DNA of 63,058 bases, the filler included, from Bigelowiella natans CCMP2755 (lineage: Eukaryota; Protista; Cercozoa), in the NCBI GenBank assembly GCA_000320545.1. It is 6 parts of 6 records of this genome, joined end to end, with 100 filler letters (N's around TTAATTAATTAA, not from the genome) between each part and the next. Parts side by side here need not be neighbours in the genome. Positions count along the whole stretch, not along the records: positions 41,023 to 57,535 come from ADNK01003436.1; 5 more parts are not named here. One strand, written 5' to 3'. The position numbers and the translations under genes are program-made. The notes below the pieces were generated by a model. The model did no database searches. It was not told where the DNA came from and saw nothing but the letters and a program-made list of their open reading frames with translations. This document shows positions 41,216-55,897 of the stretch, one piece after another (positions within the stretch are counted from its first letter, which is position 1; each line of letters starts with the position of its first letter).

Positions 41216-44200
41216 ATTGATGTATAAAACATACATATTTGTGATTATGCCCTCCGCCTCTTCGTTCTGATGACACTGCTGCTCCTGCTGGTGATGGTAC
41301 TGCTGGTGCTGCTGTTGTATGTTTTTCTGGTTGCTGTTTTGGACGAAGACCAAGCCGATTCTTGAGAAATGTAATAGGCTTATTAAGGCGAAACCGAAGA
41401 TGCTTTAAATGAAAGCTTCCTTGAGGGAAGTTGGCTTGGTTGAGGAAGTCTTGAAGATCTGGTTGTAGTTGCCACGGACTATTGCTCACGTAATGGAATG
41501 CCGCCCCCTACCAATAATAAATGAGATGATGATGTTGACATGTTGTTAACATACTTATTTTACTTGTTGCTATCATCATAACAATTTGTTGACATGTTGT
41601 TAACATACTTATTTTACTTGTTGCTATCATCATAACAATTTGTTGACATGTTGTTAACATACTTATTTTACTTGTTGCTATCATCATAACAATTTGTTCA
41701 CATGTTGTTAACATACTTATTTTACTTGTTGCTATCATCATAACAATTTGTTCACATGTTGTTAACATACTTATTTTACTTGTTGCTATCATCATAACAA
41801 TTTGTTCATCAACATCACCACCAGCAACATCCTTGAATACAATCCGTTTACTTAGTAGTGACTACTATCCTACTTCAAACTCATCTAGTCATTATCACAA
41901 CACATACTACAGCAACAACCAACAACTGCTGCTGCTACTACTACTACAACAACAACAACAACCACTACTACTAATACACTACTAAAGGCATCACAGTCCT
42001 CCTCCTACAAGCTAAAGCCAACCTTGTCTTTCAGTAGCGAGTAGAGCTCATTCATACCATCCACAGCAACAAAGTCGTATAAGAAAGTATTACTTAGCAT
42101 CTTTCTACGATCTTTCACCTGAAGGAAGAGGAAGAGGAGGGAAAGGATTATGATGGTTTATTGCTATTGATGATTTGGAAACATCCATTTTGTCTTTCCC
42201 AAGAACAGCAGTAGTCTTTTATTCACTCACCTACCCACTCACCACTCGATGCGATCTTTATTTCATTTTCTTTTTTCTTCTTCTTACATTTATATATATT
42301 ATGCTGAAAGAGGAAGATAAAGTTGATGTGATCCTCCACGCCTCCTTCTTTTTTCTTCTTCTTCTTCTTCGTGATCATGCAGGACTGCTGTGTAAAAACC
42401 ACCCTACTAATGTAATTAAACCGCCCTCGACTTACCTCTGTTAGTTTGATTGTATCATCGATATCAGATATCACCGAGATCCCTTGAGGGGGTACAAAGA
42501 ATACTTGTGAGGACCAGGTTCTTCCATCTTCTGTTGGCAGTGTTGTGTAAGTTAAAGACACAGGTCTTCCATGTTCCGGGATATCAAGAGGAAGCTTATC
42601 GTCAGATACTTGCAAATCGGTCAGAAAATGACCTATTGTTGGTATTATCAATGTTGTTGCAAAATTGCAAAGCCAATGAGTAGTGTGCGCCTACAACTAC
42701 TCTTTCACATTGTCGTACAAGATCTTAAGATGAAAAAGAGAGGGTTTTTATAAAAAAACGACCATGACTGACTGTGCCTCTCGATGGCTTAGCAAAACGA
42801 TGTAAGTAATCTTCTTTATCTCTTCTTCTTTCTTCATCATTCATCATTGTGGTGTTCAAAGTTTGTTTTGGAGAAGCAAATTAATATTGTTTTTCTGTGT
42901 GTTGTTTCTTCTACTACTACTACTGCTTTGTTGTCGAACATAACAATATATAATAATATATTCTTCTTGATTGATTGTGTGAATATAATCTAGTTTGATC
43001 TTCTGTGTCAGTAGTATTTCTTACAGTACATAAATTAAGATGAGGAAATAAATACTAGAAGACAAGGAGATGGATAGGTATTCTAATTATGATGATGATG
43101 ATGATGATTATTATTATTAGTAGTAGTAATAGTATTACCGTTGGGGCCTGAAGTAGCCCACACACCTAACCCCATCAAATCAAAACCAACCCATCTTCTC
43201 CTTGCTGCTTTCAACGTGAACATTGCCATTCGTCTCTGGTACATTTCTCTCTACAAAGAACAATAAAATCATATAAATAGCAATACTAACAATAAGAGAA
43301 TACGACAATAAAAAGCAAATGACGGAATGCCTGCATTGTATTAGGATAATATTTAGTTTTCTGTTAGACACAGTTGTTCTCTGTCTGTCTGTCTGTCTTT
43401 TTTGTGTCATGTTCTTGTTCTTCTCCTTTGCTACTTACAACTACTACTACTACCAACCAACTAACTAGAACGGCCTACCTACGTACCTACCTCCTTGTCT
43501 GAAGTCGGATAGAAACCAAGAGCTTTCGCTGCGGAAGTCATACCCATTCTCCTTCTCCTGTATTTTCTAGTATTGTCCACTGCTCTGCCATGTATGCGTG
43601 TTGCCCATCTTGCTTTGCCAGAAGATGTACACAGTCGCTTGTATGCTAATGTAGGAAATAGCATCACAGTTTCGTTTTGTCGAATATCGGAGGTAATGCG
43701 CCCAAATGGCTCCTCTTCTGATACTGTTGCTGCTGCTGCTGCTGCTGGAGGAGAAGGATGATAACTCTCACCCTGAAAGTATTAATTAAAAACATGATGA
43801 CAATACCATCATGATACATAAAGATGAGGCGATAGCAGAAGAAGGAAATGATATGTAATTATCACAAAAATATAGACAAGCTAGGACTACTTCAACTACT
43901 TATATCACCATTCGAATAAGATAACCCTAATGGACAACTTACTACGTATATCATCATCATCCGCATAAGATAGCAATGAAGGAGTGTGAGTAGTAAACTA
44001 CAGCCCCAAGACAGTAAGTCAGATACTACTACTACTACTACTCCTACTACTCTTTGATTAAATATCTACCGCTGTTGCGATTTAACCATTAGTAATAGCT
44101 TTGCATTTAGTTCCTAATTTCTAGTCTAGTACTATCATACCACGTTAGTTTGAGCAACAGATTCATCGTCTCCCTCCTCGCTTTCATCGAAGAAGTCTTG

Positions 44201-44668
44201 GGACGAAGACGACGATGACGATGACGATGAAGATGATGATGATCCTGCGAATTGCTCCTCCCCTCCTGGGTAGCAGTCATCGGGGGTTGGAATCTGACTG
44301 CTACTGCTACTACTACAGCTAAATTGTGCACCTGCATCTCTTCTTCTTCTCAGTATCCGAAGAACAAACGGTGTATTATTATCAAACAAAAATGGTGGCG
44401 CTGGTGGTGTTGATGCTGCTGACAAGGTTGTTCTTTTCCCACTCATTATCTCAAAATTTCGGCTCCCCCTCCTCTTGGTGTGCTGAATATGCTGCTGCTG
44501 CTGGTCATGGTGGTAATGATAACGTTGAGAAATCAAAGTAGCAGCAGAACGACGATGTGCGAACATCGGGGGCGTTGCTCCCAGAATAGTAGCAGTAGCA
44601 GTAGTAGTAGTGCCCTGCACCTTGTCATTATGATCCCTAGTGCTGCTGGTAATCATCGTGGATATCAA
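41145..44668 (-). CDS. APP1: Phosphatidate phosphatase APP1-like (HAD, DxDxT motif), multi-exon; both ends uncertain, 3' end probably lost at the linker
   Basis: GISVISDIDDTIKLTEV (about 42440-42490); VSNSPWQLQPDLQDFLNQANFPQGSFHLK (about 41400-41490); N-terminal VMLFPT...W...IHG (ORF 43479-43667). Confidence 0.82.
41533..41809. repeat. 54-bp minisatellite, about 5 copies, intronic
   Basis: Unit tgtt(g/c)acatgttgttaacatacttattttacttgttgctatcatcataacaatt; ORF 41508-41795 shows 18-aa periodicity. Confidence 0.95.
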
Positions 44669-45952
44669 TCAATCATGAATCAATCACAGCGTTAGATGAT
44701 GATGGTGACAATGGTGAAATTGCTAGCTATGTTGCACTGCTGGGTACACCTCCTCCTGCTACATACTACTACGATGATGACGATTACGAACACGACTACA
44801 TTCAAGGCAAGCCTTGCTGTGGTTGTATATGGAAGTTATAGTATAGCACGAAGATGATGGGACTAGGTGTAGAATAGTGTGATGATTGATTTAAGGTGCT
44901 CATGGAGATTAATAGTCAGGCATCATCGACATTGACGCGATGATGATGATGATGATCACTATGATGACGGCAATGACGACCATAAAAGAACGACATCAAT
45001 CAATCATCATCAGTACCTAATGTAGGCCAAAATTACAATCTGCAACGTGAGGGTGCATCCAACAGCTACATTTCGTGCCAAGGCACGAGCCTTTTCCCTC
45101 CCCCCTCTCAGCACACTCTTTTTGCAAATCGATTCTTCAAAGCAATAAATCTGTCTTCTGGGAGATTTTTTGATAACCGGCATCAGTTTCATTCGCTAAC
45201 TTTTCCGACAAAGCTACCTTTGAGATTACAGGGAGTTAGCGTAGTGGTTCGTGGGAGACACGAATAATTTGTAAAAAATATTCCCACTTAAGAGGAGGGA
45301 GAACACCAACAGTAGTGTCGTCTACGTCCCCTCCTGGATCAAGGATGATGTTTTCCTTGCTTCGAATATTGTAGAACAACCCCCCGCCTAACAGAATTGG
45401 CCGTCTTATCCCAACGAATTACCGAGGTTATCACGAACAATCCCTCTTGAGCAATGAAGGTTTGCTAAGTTTGCAGCGCACATCCTCTTGATTCCATTCT
45501 GGGTTCCCCCCTCGGTTTGGACACTATTATTTAATAAATACCAGTGTAATATATCACTGCGACATCAAATAATTCTTAGAATCGATTTCAAATACTATTG
45601 TTTCATAAATATAAATGTAATCTATACATGCGACATCAAATAACTCTTAGAATCGACCTCAAACAAAAATTTGATCAATGTATACAAATATTCCCCTGTG
45701 ATTCATATGTACGACAACATATAAATCGTTGTCTTAGGTAGACGTAACCTCCCTTAACTGTCCACGCTACGGTCGCCTTCCGGCTCGGAACGGACTCCAA
45801 CTTGCCTCGCAATGCATTCGTAGAGCTAGGCTCCACTGCGGCTTCTTTATAGAAGAAGAGGAGGAGAAGGAGGAGAAGGAGAGTTTTAATTTTGTGCTTT
45901 GGTTAGAGTTCGAGTTCATGGACGAAATTAGAGGATTCTTCTTCTTCTATTT

Positions 45953-48890
45953 TTGTTATCGTCGTCATCGATGACTCGAGCAATTATCACTACTACGGGT
46001 GCAATCCTCATTCTACTCGCCATGACCACATCATCACCTGGGCATAAGTTTTACAGCACCAACAACAATTATATCAACAGGTATTATTTATTGCAGTTGA
46101 TCATGACCCAATTGAAACAACTTTATAAGTACGACTCGTTGTCGTAGTCGTCGTTGTCACCTTTGTCGTGGCCTAACTTACTTTTGGTCTGAAGAGTTGC
46201 GCTCGAGCCTGCTATCAAAAAGAGGACAAGACACCGAGTCGGGAAAATGTTATATGTCCTGTAAGAAAGCTACTTGTATTTAAAAATGATGAATAATTTG
46301 GAACTACTTGCGATATAATGATGATGATGTGTCTCGCTTTGCAGTTATATGTCCTGCAAGGATGCTACTTGTACTCAAAATTGACAAACAACAATTTGGA
46401 ATGATTTGCGACATGATGATGATGTATGTGTTCCCTCTTTGCAGGCCCAAAAACTCAACAAGGGTCTCAATGATGTTCAGCAAAGAAAAAGTACTTATTA
46501 TTATTATTAAGGAGATAGATGATGCCATGAAATTGTTCTCAATACTCTTCTCGTGACACTACCCTCTTAAGCAGTTCTTCTCATTGTTGTTCGAATACTC
46601 CTCCCCTCGCGATGATGACAACGTCGTCTCTCAGATAGAGCGCAAGCATATAAGTTTAATGAAGACTCAGGCAGAACGTATTGCTCAAGATAATGACTTT
46701 GAGACAAGGTGTGCAATCACTAGCCAGCAGCACTATTCTGCTGAGTAGTATCACTGCCATTCATTCCAATGCTGTTGCTAAATTATCACACTACACTTGC
46801 TACTATTACTGTTATTTCTGCGCATACTACAGATATAGAAGCTTCCTTGTATTGTCCGGGGCTTTGAGCGATCCTCTCGATATTGCCAAGAAAGCAAGGA
46901 AAGTTAGAAAGAACCCTGTGTATAGGTCAAGAGCTTTGGAGATGATGCACGTACGTACTGCCGTGTTAGCAGCAGCAGCAGTAGTAGTAGTAGTAGTTAA
47001 ACGTTCCTTCCTACCTGCCAAACGTCGTCGTTGTCGTTGTATGAAGCAACGTTTTTGGCATAGAAATCAAAACCTTGGAACAATGAGAGATCCAATGCTT
47101 TCTTCATAGAAATCAAAACCTCCCAACAATGAGAGATCCAATGCTTTCTTCATAGAAATCAAAACTTCTGCACGTTGAGACACAAACAAACCTTGAGAGA
47201 ATATATCATCATTGCACTGAAAATAATCAGCGACAAAATAATGATCAAAAAGATGAGAACTATTATTATTATTATTATTATTCTCAGAATTGGGATGAAG
47301 AAAATCACAGAAACATTCTTCCAGGATACATAAAAGAGGTTGGTGAGTAGGTAGTAGTGTGTAAGAGGTAGTTAGTAGAAACATTCTTCCAGAATATAGG
47401 TAGGTAGGTAGGTAGGTAGTAGTGTGTAGGAGGTATTTGTTTGCAACTTATTATCTTTAACAAGAGAATAATAGCTAACCATATTTCATACTTACTATCT
47501 TCTTCCTCCTCCCCCTCCTCCACTTCCCTCCTATGAGACGACACCAACATTATCATCATCATCATCAGAGCTCATATTATTCATTTAAAGTTTTTCTCAA
47601 AGGAGATTATGATAAAAGCACGAATTATATTATATTTGCAGAGTGCCTATTACATCTATGAACAAATGACTAATTACAGGAAGACAAATTTTTGGAAAGA
47701 TTTGAGACAGCTGTGCCGTATAGGTAGTGGTAGTAGTAGTACTAGTCGTCGTTGAATGTAATGGTAGAGTAGTAGCAATAGCTTTGATCATTTCATGAAA
47801 TTTTGTCAAAATCATCATGCAACCATCGTCATCATCATTATCAGCATCATCATCATCATAGTGTGCGTTACTTACTATATATAATCGCAAAGATTCTTTA
47901 TCAGAGAAAACTACCACTAAATTATAATTGCTCTTTTGAATTGGTATCTTTATTGTTCTCTCTCTTGATGATAATAATGCTGTTACATATACATACTACA
48001 ACAAAGAGTAACGAAGAAGTACGTTAAAGTTTATGATCGTAAGGATAGAAATCATCCAGATCTAATGACAGTAGCTAAGCTGCCAAGGTGCGCACGTGCT
48101 ACTACTACCAGTACTAGTACAAAAGATAATGATGATGATAGCACCATTCAGATTCAAGCCTTTAACAACATCAACAAGAACAACAATTACACTGTTATTA
48201 ATCTCTGCTGCTTACTTGCTTTGCTTTGAACAAAATCGTCATGATCATCATCATACCATCGTCGCTGCCATCATGTTACTACTTACTTACACAGTAGTAG
48301 TAGTAGTAGTAGTAGTTAGTAGTAGCAGCAGCACCAATGTACATGGCTGGTACACCTCCATCATTAATGAGTACATTCTCTACTTCTTGTTGTGTGTGTG
48401 TGTATTAGAGGATCTGTTGTGGAAGTTATTGGGCAACATGATGGTTTTGTCAAGATAAATCAGCCTTATGTTGGCTGGATACGAGTCAAACACAAGTACT
48501 ACTACCTACAACCTACTACCTACTATTATGTTATAACGTTCATTACTATAACATATTATCACTCACATAGTGGCTCACCCCCCCCTTCACTATCAAATTC
48601 AATATCATAGAGAAGAATCATAAATTTCTTTGTCAAGTCTTTTAGATTGTTTGATTTCCAGATCACTAAAAATAGACACAAATAATATTATCACATCTCA
48701 TCCATCCATACATAAATTGATTCATTTATGAAGAATCATAAATTTCTTTGTCAAGTCTTTTAGATTGTTTGATTTCCAGATCACTAAAAAATAGACACAA
48801 ATAATATTATCACATCTCATCCATCCATACATAAATTGATTCATTTATTGATTCATCGGTTAAACATGAACAATAACAACAACAATAATA

Positions 48891-48921
<31 letters not shown>

Positions 48922-50219
48922 TCATCATCATTCTAGGAGGAAGAAGTATCCATTCATCGAGCCTTTATCAGGTCATAGTAGTAGTAGTATTAATTTGAGA
49001 GAATGAATATCCACCACCACCATCCATCACTACCCTTTTCACCTTTGCTACTATGAGACGCGATGATGTTAACATAATGAAAAGAAGATAATAAGCAAAG
49101 TACAACTAGAAGAGAAGGAGGAAATACAGAGGAGAGAAACCAATTATAACTGAGTTTTCCCTTGTTCGTTCTTCTTCTTTCAACGCGTACACGTGGATTT
49201 TATTAGAAGCAGAGAGAAAAGATGGTATAGTAGTGTATGGAGTTCCTGCAAAGCGTATCAAGCCAATAGCACCGCATATGAATCGTCCCTGGTGGCAGAC
49301 AAAATCGAAGCACTTGCAAAACCAAATGAGTAATAACAATAATAATTATAATAATAATAATAATAATAATAATAATTAATAATAATAATAGCAATACTGC
49401 AATGGATATGCATTCTATTTGGACAAAGAAGAAGAAGAAGAAGAATAATGTTGGTTTTTAGTTTATATTTACTATGGTATCACTCTAATATTGTTATTTA
49501 TATTTGCTTCTGAACAACATGCATCTCCTTTCTGCATCATCATATTGATTGTGCAAGTAATCAACCAATCAATAGTTGCAATATCGAAGCAGTATTTACT
49601 TATTTACTTAGCTACTTACTTACTTACAGCATACACATATTATATTCATTATTAGCTGAGGAAGACAGAATGGCTAGAATTGAAGAAAGGTATTTCTCAA
49701 AGCCAGACGATTATATGGAAATTGGAGGAGGACCAAGGTTTATTCACACTATTCTGCTGCTGTCAGTACTAATGCATGCTAGTGGGAATGTGGATCCACT
49801 ATGATTTACTTGGATCGCTCATCAACATCACACACAAAAGCCCATCATCTACATTTAAACAAGTTTCACTGATAATGTCTTCGCTATTTTCTAATTTAGA
49901 TGAGACTTACTCATACACACACACACACACACGCACACACACACACACACACAGAGGATGGATGCGAGCGAAGAGATTCAAAGATGATTTCAATCCTGAT
50001 GAAACAAGAGAAGAAGTTATTCGCCGCAAAATCTTGGCTAGACAGAACAAGACTTGGCCCCCGGTGTACCCTCCAGGGCAAGTTCCGGTTGTGTATCTAG
50101 AATCAGCAACAGACATCACACGGAGGATGACGAGTATCACGTCAACAACAAATTCTACAACAATTGTTCCCAGCCCAAAAAAATTCATCATCATGGACAC
50201 AGACAGCATACACCCGTAG
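45953..50219 (+). CDS. Unknown multi-exon protein with a possible N-terminal hydrophobic leader and an SH3-like segment
   Basis: Exon-like segments: hydrophobic TTTGAILILLAM; DPLDIAKKARKVRKNPVYR; GSVVEVIGQHDGFVKINQPYVGWI; AEEDRMARIEERYFSKPDDY; last exon GWMRAKRFKDDFNPDETREEVIRRK...HP*. Exon chain not fully resolved. Confidence 0.45.
48612..48848. repeat. About 118-bp tandem duplication (2 copies), intronic
   Basis: gaagaatcataaatttctttgtcaagtc...ataaattgattcattta starts at 48612 and again at 48730. Confidence 0.9.
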
Positions 50220-51513
50220 TGATCAAGATAAAAAAATCCCTTTGTTATTCATCTTCACTTCTAGATCTGAGAAATACGATCTAACTGATCAAGTGATGAT
50301 GCTTATGAAATGTCTGATTTGTCAATAATGACGATTTGATTTGTATCTACATTCGAGAGATCCATTATCTTTCATCATTTCGTTCGTCTGTTGTTGATTG
50401 AAGCGTAGCTGTGAAAAGCCGCGGCCATAGCGCTCAAATTGCACTTGACATTTCTGTGCGCGCTGTCATGCTGTGCATGCTCACCCACTCATCATGTATA
50501 CTAGCACACACTTGCACACATGCGTGAATTGTGCCGCGCTGCACGGCATGCACACTGCTAGACTGACATGCATGCAACGTGCATGCACATGTGTGCATGC
50601 TGTCTAGACATCTACATCAGCAGCAAAAAACTCAGGTCTGAATCCAAACAACAACTTCGCGGGAGATCGAGCACCCCGCCATTTTGTCATCCGTCGTGAT
50701 GTTCACGCCGAAGGTGTTCGTCATCTCAAGGTGCTTGTGCCACATGCAGTGCGTCAAGGCGATCATCCACATGCAGCTTTGTCGATCTGCTAGCATATAG
50801 TAGACTGGAACCATGTGGCTGTGGGTAACCATTGTTCCACTCTACTAGCATTGTTGCGCGACAAGTGGAGAGATAATCATAGAGATACGTGAGCAATGCC
50901 GTGTGCACAATGTCAATTTGCATCATTGCGCCTCATCATTACCACGGTTTTTTGCCAATAGATGAACGCTGTGTTGCATTCTTTTTGTGCAGCCAACACT
51001 CGTTGCATATGTTGCCGCTGCTTGCACCGCATTGTTGTGACAACATTGTAGCGCGGTGCGGCAAGTGATGTACAACTGTACAACGATACACATGAAGGCG
51101 CTAACCGCATGCAGCAAACTTATAACACAGATTTGCACACATGCAGCAGGATCGACTGCACAACAAGTTCATGCATAAGCCGCGTTGATCACATGTGGCT
51201 AATAAACATCGCATCGAGCGTAGCATGCCTAATAATTGGAAAAAAGTTAAGATTAAATATGTATCTAATTGCATCATGTGAACTGACTTCACACGTACGT
51301 GCATTCGCAAACTGAAAGCCATGCAACGCTGAATCACGGCACACAGTTACACCTCTTATTTGTTTGTTATTACAAAAAATATGAGTGCAAAGCCTAGATC
51401 AATGCATTTGTAACGCGCAAGCGCTATTGCTCAGCATGCATATAGATTCTGTTGCAGATGATGTGCGTAGACACATTCAAGACAAACCTGGGAGGAAATC
51501 CTAACAAATATTC

Positions 51514-52401
51514 TTACGATCTATTCAATGACATCCATTGCAGAAACATTAATGTAGTTGCAATTTTATTGAAGAGCAAACTATTGTCTGTAGTAGAGCT
51601 CATTACTTGCAAAAGGGTAGACTGTTCGCATGCTCCACAATTATTTACATACATTTTTATTTATTTTTCATTTAAACTTCTATTTTTCATATTTTATGAT
51701 AGAAGGTGTCTAATAAGTAGACTTTCCTCTTGATTAATGACATAGCTCATTTAAAAGCCGTATTTTGATAAGCAGGATTCTCAAATATTAATATATAGCT
51801 TTCTCGTATAGCTTTCATTGACATAGCTACTCGCTATTGATAAAATCCTTTTTGATCCTTTTCCTTTCTGCTAGAGCAGAGCGATATAGCTTACAATATT
51901 GATGGACCTTAACGAAGTTCATTAGTCAGAAAGGCAGACTAGCATAAATATTTTAATGTAAGAATTGTGATAATTGCAATGTTGAAAATTAAAATAAACA
52001 CCAGATATCTATGCTCATAGGTAAGTTTTTGAAATGCGATCGAAAAAGTAATATATGTATATCAGGCTAACCTTAGATATGAACATCTTCTGAAAAAGTA
52101 TTAATGAATTTTCCTTTCCAAAGTTTCTCAACCTAGATACAAATATGTCCATCATATCGGCAGCAAAAACTATTGGTGTTTCCGGTATTAAACTGAGCAT
52201 TGTGTCAAATTATGAGAAATCATTTTAAGCATATTACTACCCCTCAACGAATTCCCTCCTGACCTAAAGAGCAAAAATTAAATTGAACATTAATGATTGA
52301 AATTTCAAAAATTAAAGCAAATGTACCCTTTGATTTGGCCCGTTTTCAAATGATTCAAGCATTTTGCCAAGGCTTTTGTGGACCTATGTACATATATGTA
52401 C

Positions 52402-52443
<42 letters not shown>

Positions 52444-52696
52444 GTATGTGTGATTGTGTGTGTATGTTGTTATGTAAAGACATCGCTTCTTATTTGACCG
52501 TAAAATTTCTCACTGTTGATAAAAATAATTTACAATCTCGACAGCATCCTCCATCCAGTCCAAGAATATATCCAGACCACAAATATCTATAAGTCTTCTT
52601 AGAATCTGGTAGAATGGTCATAACGATATGAGGGAGATAAAATATGTTACAGAAGTTATATAATATATTCGATAACGAACATCGGTGGGTTTCATG

Positions 52697-52735
<39 letters not shown>

Positions 52736-54036
52736 GCACACACATAATACACATGTATGTAATTGCATTTATCATGCCTTGCCCCCCCCTCCCTAACCCT
52801 AACCCTACCCCCCCCCCCCCCGCCACTCTGTCCCTAAATATGTTGGGTATGTGTGATGTGACTAACTATACCAAGGAAGCCATACACATTATAGTTATTA
52901 TTAAACAGGCATCAGTATTATGAATAGGCTTATGCTTTTATTCATTTCAATTCACATTTTAATTCACATGCTTTTATTTATTTCAATTCACATTTTAATT
53001 CACATTTTAATTCACTTACAATTGGAATTTTCTCATGTCTTTGCTGAGTCACTAGAAGAGTAATTTGGAATTAGATTTTCGTGAATTTTAAAAGTTTATC
53101 ACGTATGTTTATATATGCATTTATATATCATCTATTTATCTCTTTAATTTATCTGTTAGAATGTTGAAACAGCAAAGCAAGGTTCCGAAGCCCATAGATC
53201 AAACCAGAATTCTTTACCTATATTCTTTCCCATCAGTGTCATTGTTGCCACTATTATCGCCAGCCCATGTGTCTGCTGAGTTTTGGCAAATTTCTCTTTT
53301 TCTGAGATAATAGTGTAATCCCCTTGATGTTGCTTTTGTTGTAGCTGTTGAATCGCAGGATATACATTATCATCTGCAGATGTTCCTGGTAACTCTCCTC
53401 TTTTCGCACCGATTTTATGAGCATCTTCACTACGAAAATATCTGGGCAATAAATTGCTTTTCTCATTTCTTTCTAAGATTGAATTTCTATTTAATGCATG
53501 AAATTCTTCCTGCGTTCTTGCATTTGTTGTTGTCTCAAGAAGCCTATCTAGAATCTTTGACGACGAAGTTGAAGGCAGCACAGCAGGGGCTAATTAAAAA
53601 TTAGATCAAGAATACAATTAATTATTATTTACTGTGGATAATAGCTAATTGTTTATTTAGGTTCTTGCATGCTACTTTCAATAGAATCTTCATTCTCTTC
53701 TTTGATGTAGCGTGTTCTAAAAGTAGTATCAAAAATATTCTTCAGAAGCCATTCATACTAATATTTCATAGCATAAATATGAAGATAAGAATAATAAGGA
53801 ATATTTTCGCTCGTAATTAACTTTAGCATTGCTGCTCTCGAAGATCCAGCAGTAATGAATACTGATGACCACGTTTCTAGAACCACCTAATGTAAATCAT
53901 AAATTAAGTACTGATAATCACTCACCGTATTCAAAAAATATGTAATTTAAATCTATTACTTGATGTGCATCTAAGTCTCCTGTCTCCAATAGAATCCGCA
54001 GACCGATTTTTACAATCTTTTTTAAGATATCTTATA

Positions 54037-54082
<46 letters not shown>

Positions 54083-54216
54083 TATATGTGTGTGTATTTA
54101 TATAATGTTCGGTATTATGTGCGCGCATAAACACTACTTTATTGGCGCATACATGTTAAAAAAAATGAACATTTCCACAACACAAATTGAAAATAATTTA
54201 GCATGATATATTGTTA

Positions 54217-54273
<57 letters not shown>

Positions 54274-54329
54274 CGTGTGTGTGTGTGTGTATGGGTGTTG
54301 ATTACATAAAGAAAGCAATGAATATTTGG

Positions 54330-54376
<47 letters not shown>

Positions 54377-54785
54377 GATGTACACATAAATGCACATTAT
54401 ATTTAGAGATGACCTGGCTAAGTATAATATCCTTGTTTTTCTGCATCTGCTCTTGACTATCGCAGTGATTACCCCACGTTGGTAGGGACAAGTATGATAA
54501 AGACGATAGTGATGATAAAAGTGTCCTAGAAATTTGGAGTGATGATGACGATGGTGATGACAAAATCCAAACATTTCCGAAGAACTCAACAATCCTGCGG
54601 GTAAATAAACGAAGACAAACCAATATTTATTAATCCGATGCTTAAATGTTAGATACTCTGTCCTGTTACTGCTGTCTAAATGTCTACTAAGCCGTCTCAC
54701 GAAACGATGCAATAATCATTGAGATAAATCAAAAAAGCGTACAAATCATCTTCATTCATTTTAAAAAATTCTCCGATAAATTCCA

Positions 54786-54831
<46 letters not shown>

Positions 54832-55820
54832 ATTTTGTTCTCCAAACTCTTTGGAAAGAGGCTTTATAGGAAGAGAAAAACGTTGGTATATGTAATGTTA
54901 ATTCATTAATTATGGTCCATATATTCAGCACCACAAACTTAAATTTACTATGCAGCAATATATTCTCGTTACCGTGTAGCGAGGTATGCTTCAGTCTTTG
55001 CCTCCTCAATTGGCAACATACTCCAACTGATTATCAAGATCAAAACGGAAAAAAATCAACCGAATATAGCGTAGGGTTACAGACTGTTTTCATTAAGGTG
55101 AACCCGGCCTCTTCTTCAAAAGGTGCACAATTGGTATCATGGAAATCACCTTTATGGTTTTCTCATTTTTACCCTTATTTTTCATATTTATAACCACTGG
55201 ATCTCATATAACTTATTATTACGTTGCATTTTGCACAAATATTTGAGGAATTTTGAGTGCTAATTTTTGCGCCTCTCGACTAAGTTGCTCCGGCACTCCT
55301 GCGTTCAATTATGTATGTACTTAAAAAGAATCATATTTGAACAAACAAGGTTACAATATCTGTACGTAGACATACAGTAATTTTCACACATGTGATAGTT
55401 ATATCGGCTATGTGTACAAATACTTACACATTTTTGATATTCAGGAATATGTATGTGTGCTCAGGTGGTTATATCTCTGATGGTTGCTGTGTGTGTGTGT
55501 GTGCATGTGTGCGTGTGTATTCGTGTGTTCATTTGTGCTCGTGTATATTGTGATATGTTACTTGTAAATCACATATTACTAATATTGGTAATTAATTACC
55601 CCATATTTGCTCTATATGTCTCTGCATATTTATGAGGCATTCAAGATAAGTTGCATCTTTTCCCAGGTACACGCCCTTTAAATATTTAACAATTTCTTGA
55701 AGTGAAACCCCATATAATGAGATAATGATTACTACGAACCTCTGTGCATCGAGATAAAAATTCTTTGATATGTTCCACTGACAAGCCTTTGCAATATACA
55801 AACAAACGCAAAGATACACG

Positions 55821-55897
<77 letters not shown>

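Noticed and set aside
41533-41809. 54-bp array as a CRISPR array or repeat protein
   Set aside because: Units are near-identical with no unique spacers, the array is intronic in a eukaryotic gene, and no cas genes are present.
52791-52807. ccctaaccctaacccta telomere-like repeat
   Set aside because: Under three units, inside a C-rich intron, and on a different contig from TERT; too short to call an interstitial telomere.
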